From Phoronis australis (Eukaryota; Animalia; Phoronida): a stretch of 64,000 nt of DNA. A program made the position numbers and the translations under genes. Shown piece after piece: positions 13,900 through 25,300 of the stretch. Location: NCBI GenBank assembly GCA_002633005.1, contig NMRA01000057.1, positions 118,469 to 182,468 on the forward strand, given 5' to 3'. A model generated the notes under the pieces. It saw only the letters and a program-made list of their open reading frames with translations. It did no database searches and was not told where the DNA came from. The stretch's first letter is position 1. Each line of letters opens with the position of its first letter.

Positions 13900-15718
13900 C
13901 ATAACGTTTTTGACATCCACTACTCATAAAATGGGATTTGTTCAAATGACGGGCAAGGAATTTCTCTTCGAAAACTACAGTGGCCAACAGAAGCAGGCCA
14001 CGGAGATCAAATCTGTTCAAAAATCGCGTAGTACCCGCGCAGTCCCAGCAAATAGGACTGCATCAGGTTTTAATAAAATTATGATGTCGTTAGCCAAATC
14101 TGGCAGACAAGGAATTTCTTAACGAGAGCTAGATTGGCCAACAGAGGGGAACGCGGTTATGATGGGCCGTTGAGGGGAAAGTGTCGCCGGAAAAATAAGA
14201 GCGTATTTGTGTACATTACGCCGTTATTTATGGCGTAAAAGAACGAGCGTGATTCAATTTTTACGACATAAAATAACGCTCGTAATTTAATTAAAATTCT
14301 TAGCCTATGACGTGCGGTTTTACAACTCACGCAAATACTTAGTTACTGACAGGTTACGTGTCTAAGAGCGCTGAATCATGGCGGATAAAATTGCTGCTGC
14401 AATGTCAGCGATTGTGCAAGAGCGAACTGCCCATGCAGCAACGGCATAGTGAGCAGGGGATATACTTAGCCACTCGCCCAGTCGCCTATGCGATTAAACT
14501 GAAATGGTGCTGGGCGAGTAGAAGTTCACTTGCCGGTCGCCCAGGTGGCAAGCGAATTTTCAGAGCACAAAAGCACTTTATCGTTTTTCACATGAAAATT
14601 AATAAATTTTGTCTTCCCTATGCTGCTTTTATCATGAATTGATAGCTTAATTTGGTTCTCACGTCCATGCTCCGGGAGTAAAAAATATCGACCATATTTC
14701 TTGAAATTAACTTCTTGTTGACAGTTAGTTGCACAATGTAATTTTTAGCCAAGATTATTTAATAAATAACAGCATTGAAAACACATATAAATTAAGATGG
14801 CTGTCCTTGTTATTGTTACTAGTAATATAAAATGTCGCAATTTTACCTTGATTAATCATACATGTATAGAATCTATTTGGTGCGGCCATAAAATGTCCAG
14901 TTGCAATGTCGTTTACAATTGGTTACACATTCAACAGAAAACCATCTGCATGTCCATTCCTAGGTATATTGGTTTCTCGTGTATGTTAGATTAACACTGA
15001 TTGGTTTAGATTTGGAACGTTCTTAAGGTACTTTACAAGCGTAATTTACGATGACGTTTCCCCCATTTAATTTTTTACGAGCGTAATTTTACTGCAACAC
15101 TTTTGCAATTAAGTTACGCTCGTAATACGAGCGTAATTTTACGGCGAAGCTTTCCCCATTTAATTTACAAGCGTAATTGTACGACGACACTCCTACAATT
15201 TAATTTACACACGTAATTACGTGCGTAATTTTACGGCGACGCTTTCCCCTCAAGGGCCCAAGATACGCGGTAGTGTAATCCGTCGACTTGTACCGGCACA
15301 TTCTGATTATATATCTCTACTCAAAGTTTTTGAAAAATGAGTCAAGTCCGAAAAGGAACTTGGGACAAAAATAAAACGGCGTACAGGGGGCTCCACGATA
15401 GTCAAATCCGTCCGAAAATCGAATGGTACCCACACATTCTACCAAGTAGGACTGCATCTGCTTCGAAAAAATGTAATGTCGGTTTGCCAAAAAATAGCAA
15501 AGGAATTCCTTGTTGAAACTGCAACGGCCAACAGGGGTGCTACGGTATTCCGAACTGCATAAGTGTATCAGATATCGTCAAGATCAATCGAACGTTTTTT
15601 TTTAATATCGACGGACGAACACAGGTAACGACGACCAGCGGCTGATTGACAGGTGTTGATTATATGCGTAGACATTTGGGCATCTAGAACCAGTGGGAAT
15701 TTATAGGCACATAAAAAT
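13900..15718 (-). mobile_element. Degenerate HINE-like element with ~150-bp repeats, split by the IS3EU-type insertion
   Basis: The unit aaggaatt...ggccaacag recurs at ~13955, ~14110 and ~15500. A gacggacg remnant lies at ~15611 and an end-like ggcacataaaaa at ~15710. Confidence 0.35.
14158..15265. mobile_element. Non-autonomous IS3EU-type DNA transposon, 1108 bp
   Basis: TIRs TATgaTGGGCCgTTGAGGGGAAAGtGTCGCCG and TATctTGGGCCcTTGAGGGGAAAGcGTCGCCG. 6-bp TSD CGCGGT at 14152-14157 and 15266-15271. Subterminal ACGAGCGTAATTT repeats. TAY ends with a 6-bp TSD fit IS3EU. Confidence 0.75.
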
Positions 15719-16141
15719 AATGGCCAAGTAGTGCAATCTTTAAGGCCTGGAAAGAACTGGTCTTATCCAAAATACTTCAGCGACGAAAACTGTACAAGTA
15801 CAAGGCCAAATCAGAACCATCAGGGTGGAGTTCAGTAGCTTTCTCACAGCTGGAAAATTCTAGCCAAAATCACGTGTTCTCATTTAAAATACACGGCAAC
15901 ATCCTGCGTAATTTCGCAAAGTTTTGCTTTTCTAGCGAGGTCCTCGCGTTACTGAATTCTACTCGGCGTCTCTAAAGGAGTCAGCTTTGTGTTTTAAAGA
16001 TTTCAAAAGCACTGTTTACGAAATTTTCCCGAAATGCATTCTGGTTTACTACTGGTACATGTACAATAAATTTGCGAAGGGTGCATTCTTCCCACGACTC
16101 GCTGTGCGTGGTGTACAATACTTTTTTAAGACTCTATCCAA

Positions 16142-16357
16142 TCACATGGCGTTAAGTACCTGTAAATAACTTACATCTGGGCTTTTGAGATCACAACCAG
16201 CTTTAAGATCCATATGAATGCTATCCTCTCTAGCTGGGTGAATTCTGATGGAGTTGCCACTGGATCGCCTGACGTAGGACGCTGGCGCAGTCGAATCGTT
16301 CACTGCATTTTGGGGTATTGCCTTCTTAGCCCTTATGAAAATGGAGTAGGGGTTGCT
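16142..16357 (-). CDS. Probable aGPCR cytoplasmic-tail exon, boundaries uncertain
   Basis: Open frame SNPYSIFIRAKKAIPQNAVNDSTAPASYVRRSSGN... behind a phase-0 TTTCAG acceptor. Alternative: a 20-nt exon at 16387-16406 followed by an acceptor at 16331. An internal GTAAGT donor after 16175 may lead to a further exon. Confidence 0.45.
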   Translation of the reverse strand, partial: SNPYSIFIRAKKAIPQNAVNDSTAPASYVRRSSGNSIRIHPAREDSIHMDLKAGCDLKSPDVSYLQVLNAM

Positions 16358-19300
16358 CTGAAAGCGAATCATAGCTAATTACATACCGATTTCTGGATTC
16401 CTGTTCCTAAAAAGTTGCAAGTAGTTGTATGCACCAGTTCACAGTTATCAACAGAAATTTTAGCCAAGACAACATATTAAACTAACAATTTTCTTTGGCT
16501 TGAAATATGTATGTCACAATATACTTAATGGCGAGAGCAAAAGTGAACCTTAAAAAGATAATCTTTAGTTATCGGTGGCTTTAAATTTAAATGCACGTTA
16601 CTGGAAGGCAAATTATGAGTACACGGTTATGAGGGCAGACAATATCTCACCCCGGATGACCGGAGTTCGTGGGAGTCCTTAATTTTCTTTCGTTTCCTCC
16701 TTAAAGCTTCTCTGACCTCGTGGTTAAGTATGCAATGAAATAGACATATGAACAGTCCCTGTAGCGAATTCAGTACGGCGAAAAGGTATTGGAACACTAT
16801 TAGAGACTGATTCAGCGCGAGAATGCCGAAGGCCCACGTGAGACCGAGGAGAGGAAGAAGTATTAGGAAGCCTTTGACGGCGGCTCTGCAAAGAAAGAAA
16901 TGAACTATGTTGCTTAGTGACATGGCGCAAATGTGTGGCTTCCCAGAAGCACAAAAAAAAATAAATACAGGCACATAGTCCTTTGAAACATAGCATTTGG
17001 AAACAAAATTTAAACGTTTCTACTTGATAACTTCCGCATCGAATATTGGCCGCATACCATAGTCTAATGAGTCAATATCAGAAAGATTATGACGGCCAGT
17101 TGGCTTCCCTAAGGCTAGACTAAAATAAAGTCTTTAATTAGCAACCACTTCCTAGAATACCACACCGCCGTCTCTGATTCTGTGGTATCCACATTTCTGC
17201 ACGGTAGATGGCGTACCAAGCACTACCTTGTATTTATGAATATTAATAGGTGCGCGGCCACTACCGACGGTAGAATATAAGCGGAGGAACATCAATGTAA
17301 AATTGTAATTAAAAACTGAACGTCTACAGCATTTGTATTTTTCAAAGTGTGTCTTTGAGTAAGAGCTAAGCTAAAAAAATCTGGTTTTTAAATACATGTA
17401 CTCAATGACCTACTTCATCTGTACTTTAGTTTTGGTCTCTTCCTCATTCGTGGTCACCGCGCCAACAACGATGTAAATTACCATTGTAAGAATAATGGTG
17501 TTGGCCTGAAATAAACAGAGGCAGTTTCCGTTAACTGTGCTCAACTTCTATTTTTTACTCGAAATCGAATGTTTTGGACATTTTTCGTTCAATACGTTCA
17601 ACGTAAGTTAATACCAACTCATTATAATTGTCTAACCTCTGTGCTTGAGCTTGGTATGAGTGAATTGTGTTGTTGAAATCACAGTTAATGACCGCTAGAT
17701 CGAGCTACAAACTCGAATACAAACTCTCGAGTGAAATCTCAAGATTTGGAGTTTAGACTCAAACTTACACTTTTAATGCTGGGGTCATCAAGTGCAAAAC
17801 AAAATAGGATTACACAGTTATCCACGTAAACTAAAATACACTTGAGCACTGAATAATGAACACTTATATCGAATGGTGCTGAAGTAGAATTCGAAATGGT
17901 AAAAAAATCTCGGTTCTTAAGTAAAAAGATTCAACCTCTGCCCTCTGGTTTGTCACTTTTCATCAAACACACATGTACATACAAACATTTACCGTTTATA
18001 TGATTACATTGTTGTACCATTATGGTATGACTTTAAGAAATAGACACAGCAGCCAGTGTCATTTTTCACCCGTCCATGTCGTTCATATGGTCACTAGATT
18101 AAGATTGTGTCATGTTGGTTTCCAAAACCATCACCAGACGTCGTCGCAATTTTCCTGCGACTGATTCAACCATAATCGGTAATGTGCAGGGGCTCAGCGT
18201 AATACTGCACTCTGGAACGATTATGTAAAGCCGTACTCACGATTATCACAGCTATTGCAGGTCCAACAAAACCCCATATCTGACCACTCTCAATAGACAG
18301 CCAACATCTAAAATGGTAAAAAATATAATGGGAACATATCAAAAAAAATCATTTCTCGCCGAGAAGCGGGCGAATTTTGAGGTAATTACTGACCTAAAAA
18401 GCAGTAAAGCCACCTACACTGCTAGTATAATAGCTCGAAAGTCCGTGATTTGTAGATCTAACACATTCTTGAATGCACAGATAAGGGGAAGATGTTGATT
18501 ATTGTGATTTAAAAGTGGCACCACACACACTGGACACAAGCAGTTAAGGTGACGCTGAGAAGCGAAACATGGTTACATTAGATTCTAAAACGCTTTTATT
18601 GGTGTGATTTTGTTACAAATAAAGCTTACTCACTAAAATGTTTGAAGTCCCTCGGTTGCCACGATTTTTGTCCAAAGTTTAAAAAACGGGTCCTCAATGT
18701 GTGCGCAAACACAAAACGCTATTGGGTACACCGACGAAAGCAGCCTCTGTGTCTCAACTTACGTATCAGCGTTAGCGTACGACCTATAGTCGATAACAAA
18801 GGTGATGCTGACGACGATCAACGGAAAGCCGAAGGATGTGGGAACATAAATCTTGAGTTGACTGGTCCCAGTGTTAAAAACTTTGACGACTTTAGAATAC
18901 AGATGAAACCCCTCGACCATCATCCAACAAAAGGTACTCAGCCATAAGTGGTGAAGAAGAACGGCGACAACAGTACACGCCACCTAACGGATCATCAATA
19001 TAAAGACCATTATACACGCAAATATTCCGTTCTGCATCTCGGCATTTTCAAATGATATGACATGTACAGCTTGGAGTGCTAGTGAACATTTAATAATACA
19101 ACACAGAAATCGACTCAGTGAATACAGCACTGATTTTCAAGAACCATTCAGACTATTACACGTACATACATATTCAAAAGAAATTATGCATGTGCAAATT
19201 GCAGTTAAAACAAAACAAGAGCAGTTCTATGTACACGCCGGTGGTTTTTTCCATGCCCATCTTGAAGAGTCTTCTTTATTTCTTCTACTTACGTCAAAAT

Positions 19301-22300
19301 AAATTACATTGTTCCCAAACCTCATCTTGTTTACTCTGTAACGTAGCTCGTCGCGTACTCTTGACAAAATTTATTAAGATATACACTCTAATGTGACACA
19401 GAGGCATTTCGTTTCACTGACTCAACTTAAAGTGGATTCACGTACAGATAACCAAAGGATTGTCAGGATTTCAGCTCTTCCGGGTGAATGAAACAACTTA
19501 GATTTGGTTTTGGTAGAATTTATAATGTAAGTTGATATTTAACCTTCGCGAGCTCATAATTTAAAACATTTTCTTTTTCCAGTCTTGAAAAGCTAGCATA
19601 ACAGGCCGTATTAGAAGCGCACTAGGTTCTGTTAGAGATCTGAACTCTCAAACACCCGGTAACAACACCCCTCCAAATACCAATCCTGCCCAGCTTGTAT
19701 ATCAAGCAGCCATAGTGGTCGGACACTATCGGAGATCTTTTTCAGGCCCAAAGCAGGGTACCAGCTATTCCCTCACTGTACAGGGAAGACAAGATGAGGT
19801 CAGCAACATTACTAGTTGTCAAGTTGCGTGGCCCGGGAAGCCTGGCCACTAATTTGAGAGTTTGGATAGTTATTCTCAATAACCAACCTCATTAAGTCGA
19901 ACCCCACCAAAGGTGTAGCAAGTGACATTGGCAACACAAACAAATCTCAAAATAGCGTAAAATTCAGGCAGGGATGAAGCAAAGGGGTGCAGATTGTTTC
20001 TACCCTCGTATTTACTTTGATTTATCATGTGTCTATAGATGGATCTCATGCGCCCCCAATGTTTGTAGCTGGAAGTTTCGAAGTTGTTGGCATTGCTAAC
20101 TGCTTACCCAGTTTCCTCTGGCAAGAGATGAGAGAAGAAAAACCATGTTGGCAAGAATGATGGTAACCATGAGGAACTTGTGTATTGCAGTCCTGTCTGA
20201 TCTGAGGTTGTCTAACCACATCAACAAAGTGATGCAGACAGCAAGCGCCAAAATGGACAATCCGCAGCCGACATAGGTGATCCATAGAAGTGCTATTCTG
20301 TGGCTTTCTTCCACCTGAAAACCGATAAGTAATGTTCATCCATACGCCTTAACACGACAATGAAGACAATACAGGCAGAGAGTAGTGACGCATCTCTGCA
20401 ATATGATTGTTTATCTCAATGTTCACACGACAACTTTTTCTTGGGGATTCAAAATTTTTTCGTCCATAAGTATCGTTTTTGCACAGTTTAGAAATAACTC
20501 TCTGTTCACACGCACACGCTAATACGAAGGAACGCGTACGTTTTTTTGTGTTTCTTTCCACGCGAATACGTTAATATGATCGTGTCGTCAGCCGTTTCTA
20601 AAATTTGTGATTTTGTTGTGAATACATATTGACAGGAGCTGCACCGGTAAGGAGCTGCACCCCTAAGAAGCTGTGTTTTTACAAAAATCTATATTGGGGA
20701 GCGTTTTCAAAAGTTTTTGGTTGTAAAATTTTTGTCGATGAGTGTAGACAGGAGTGAAGGAAAAGTTGAATTTTCCAATTTTTTGCTCTTTTAAAAGCTT
20801 GCGTTTTAACTCACTGGATACCTGTGGACGAAAACTGTATCCGCAAAGAAAACGTGGCGTTTTTAAATAAAAATGGAGTCGTGTGAACAAGCAAAATGTT
20901 TGTATCTTTGGCGGAAGCCTTGCCCACAAAGAAAAAGTTGCGTTTTCAAATGTAAATGCTGCATAAGGACTCACCTCAAATGGAACGACTTGTACGAGGA
21001 CGGCAAAGTTGGTGGTATGATTGCAGAGGCAGGTGCTGTACGTCGTATTGTCAACCACACTGGTGCACCCAAAGTCACTCCAAGAACTGGAGCAAAGAAT
21101 AAAGAAAACATGTGAACCACAATAAAGCTCCTTAATTCTGATAAATGGGTATGTCGTGACATATGTTTTCGCCCGGGCAACACCATGTAAAAGGCGTCTT
21201 AGCACCCGGCACATATTTTCGTCCCAATATGTGTAGAGTGCGACAATATACATGTTATCATATTGTGTTGGCACAAATTACATCCCCTAAAGTGTTCATC
21301 CTGAGCAAAAATGCGTGGGTGTCTGTACTTGTGAACCTACGTGATACTACGTGTAAGCCTACGTGGAGGTATCGGCGAACTTCGACGAAGGACTCTTGCA
21401 GTGGATGAGATGGATGTTTCATGGAGCCTGGATGAGGACGCAGAGTTCGTGCAGTTAAGCTATCGAAAGTCGGAGGCAGTAAACCACGTTTTTAGTATCT
21501 TCTTGATGTTAATGTTTCCAAAATCAACGCTCACACAATTTTGGCCGTGTTTTGGTTTGTTTTACAAGAGCAACGAAGAGCATTGAGATGCCGTCCTACA
21601 ATGTGCATCGTGTATCGCAGATTCAAGAGATGATTACTATTTCAAACATTCCTAATAAAGGAAACAATGCTAGTAAACTAGGGTGTGCATAGCAAGTCAT
21701 ATATGCCCTCCTGAACATGTACACCTGTCAAGATCGTGAAAAGTAAAGACTGGCACTAGGGGGCACAGTGGTAGTCACATACGTCCAAATGTCGTTGTCA
21801 TTCGTTGCCACGTTCATAGAAATACAATTGCAAAATTTCTAAAAGGACCTTGTAGGGCTTTACCACGGAGAAACAGCTGTGGATCCGAAAAATACAGTAG
21901 TCAAAATTGTCCAAAACCATTGTCGGGTATGCTCTTTCCATATGCCAATTTTTACAGTCATCCTTAGAGTGGTTTGGCTGATAGAGCGGCGGACGCCAGA
22001 CAACAGACTCGAAATCGGCCATTACGTGGCGAACACTATGCCAATTCCATCTGCAAAATGGAAGATACGATGGCCTCTTCAATAGACCCATTTAAACCAA
22101 ATTTCATAAAAACTGTCGAGGAACTTCAAAGAAAATGATGAAAACGAAAACAAAAAATGCTAGTGCGGACACAGCTCTACTCGGATCCGTCCAAAAGTCC
22201 CACAAATACACTTGCCAATATTAATAAAGATCCTAACGAGGGTTTAGGAGATACCGCCATGGAAGCAAAAACAAAAACTGCCAATAGGAGGTGCCACATC

Positions 22301-25300
22301 AGCCACATTGCTTCGAAAATCATCGTCAGCCGTCCTTTCCACAGAAGGAACATATCATTATGCTAATTTTAATTTTCATTATCATCCTTTAAAATGATTT
22401 GGTTGATAGAGGAGCGGACGCTAAAAACAGACTCGAAAACAGTAAAAATGTCTACTAGGTGGCGCAAAATACCTTGCGTCTATCCGTAACCGGAAAGGTT
22501 GAGTCATCACACTAATAGATTACCGATTTGCCAAATTTTATGGAACTATTGATCGTTTAAACTTGGGGTACTCCCTATGCCGGGCAAGGGTTTTAAAGGT
22601 GAAGTTTAGGGAAATTTCGGGGTTAGTCGTCAAGCCAAACACAGAACGATGACGGTGTGTCATTCTCTGAACATGCGTATCAAGAGCTCATTTTGGTAAT
22701 CATAAGCAAATTTGTTCAACATTTCTGACAGAAAACTTAACAAGAGCAACGCAAAGCGTTGAAATGCGCCCACAATTGCACCGTATACGCTTGTTTATTG
22801 GTACCATAATGTGGCCAGTAGAGGGCATATATGTAGTATGTTGTACTTTGCAAAATGGAAAGGCATGGTCATTGTCTCCTCAATAGGCTAGGGGCAAAAT
22901 GTGTGTGATCTTCATAATACAAGCACATCCTATACATCAGTTGCTTAAAGCACCACAGAAACATAGAATTAAAAACAAATTTACCAACATACGAGATTAG
23001 CACAGCATTAGAATGCCAGAAAAAAATTTCTACTTGGAACTTTTCCTTCATAGTCACGAAGTAACACAAAGTATACACCTGAAGACATATGAAGATACAG
23101 AGGTCAATGTAAAATACTTAAATTGCCACTAAAGGCATACCGGTAGTCAGAATCATCCTAAAGTCGTCATCGTCCGTTGTCAACATCACATAAATACACT
23201 TGCTAAATTTAGTAAAGATCCTGCAAACGGTTTGGGAGATACAGCCATGGGCGCGAAAACAACTGCCACTAGGAGGCGCCACAGTAATCAAAGTCATGGG
23301 AAATTCAGCGTCAACCGTCCTCTTCATAGTAAGAACCTACATGCCAATTTTCACAATCATACTTAGAGCACTTTGGTTGATAGAGGAGAGGACGCCAAAA
23401 AACAGACTCAAAAACAGTAAAAATGGCCACTGGGTGTCGCAAACTAGGTCGAATCCATCCGAAAACGGGAGGATAGTGTCATCGCACTAATAGGTGCCTA
23501 CATACCAAATTTTATGAAAATCCGTTCAGGACTTGTGAAGATAGAGGTAAACGTAAAAAAATAAAATTGCCACTAGGGGGCACACTGGTAGGCGGATCCA
23601 TCCAAAAGTCATCATCGTCTGTTGTTAACATCATATAAATACACTTATTAAATTTCGTAAAGATCCTGCGAACGGTTTAGGAGATACAGCCATAGGCGCA
23701 AAAAATACAAAACTGCCACTAGGAGGCGCCACAGTAGTCCAAATCGTCTGAAAATCATTGTCAGCTGTCTTCTTTATAGTAAGCACATACATGCCAATTT
23801 TCACAATCATCCTTTGAGCGGTTTGGTTGGTGGACGCAAAAATACAGACTCGAAAACACTAAAAATGGCCACTAGGTGACGCAAACTATGTTGAATCCAT
23901 CTGAAAACGGGAGGATAGCGTCATATCACTAATAGGTGCCTACATACCAAATTTCATGAAAATCCGTTCGGGACTTTTGAAGATACAAAGGTAAGCGTAA
24001 AAAAACTAAAATTGAGACTAGGGGGCACGCCGGTAGTCGGATCCGTCCAAAAGTCGTCATGTTCCCTTGTTATCATCATATAAATATACTTACACAATTT
24101 CGTAAAGATCCTGCGAACGATTTAAGAGATACAGCCATAGGCGAAAAAAAACAAAACTGCCACTAGGAGGCGCCACAGTAGTCGAAATCGTCGGAAAATC
24201 ATCGTCAACGGTCTTCTACATAGTAAGCATATACATGCCAATTTTCACAATCATCCTTAGAGCGGTTTGGTTGATAGAGGGGTGGACGCACAAAAACAGA
24301 CTCGAAAACACTAAAAATGACCACTAGGTGGCGCAAACTATGTCGAATCCATCTGAAAACGGGAGGATAGCGTCATCTCACTAATAGGTGCCCACATACC
24401 AAATTTCATGAAAATCCGTTCAGGACTTTTGAAGATACAAAGGTAAGCGTAAAAAACTAAAATTGCCACTAGGGGGCACACCAGTAGTCGGATCCGTCCG
24501 AAAGTTCGCACATGCCGTCCCATTTATGAATGGAACATATGTGCCAAATTTCATGAACGTATGTCAAAGGGTTTTGGAGATAGCGCAGCGGACGCCGGAC
24601 GCCGGACGCCGGACGCCGCCCGGACGGACGGACGGACGGACGGACGGACGGACGGAGATGACGGCATAATGCGTCCACATATAAATATGTGGGCGCATAA
24701 AAAGTAACCAATTAATCTAGCTTAAAGTCGAACATAAACTATATTGTCCACACGCATATACCGCAGCATCAGGAGCAAAAGTCGAATTACCTTTGAAATG
24801 AATCCCAGTATGTGCACTTCTTCTTATTGAGAGAGCAAGACTTCGATTGATTGCATTGTTGTGTTGGAGATTGGACCTACAAAATAATGAATGAAGACAG
24901 AACACGATTGTGAAGATCAGCTTCACAATTTTCAACTCACCCATATAACTATTTGGTACATGTACATGTTGTTGCTGAAAATGATCATGCGAGCGTTGAA
25001 ACAACCAATATGTTATTTCAGTGCTTTCAGGTACCATCCACCTTCTTTTGACAAGTGACTGCATTGACAGCCTCATAAACATTTTAATAGCACTATATAT
25101 CACAACGTGAAATGAATGTCCCAAAAACGAGAAAATACAAGATACGCGACTCTAATTGAAAGCTTCTTAGCTCCACGGATATAAGAGTGACTTATGAGCG
25201 TACGCATCGTTAGTGCGTCACGTCCATCCACAGGCTAGTTCCTTGTACAGGCGTGTGCCATACCCGCGCTTCTCTGATGTCCCGCGAGAAAGTGAAAAGA

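Noticed and set aside
13740-13930. THAP-like relic on the minus strand (MSSGC...FF..P)
   Set aside because: Too degenerate to recover the C2CH signature, and no element ends were found.
23120-24560. Regularly spaced short repeats as a CRISPR-like array
   Set aside because: The intervening sequences are homologous with a ~445-bp period rather than unique spacers. There are no cas genes, and the context is a eukaryotic HINE.
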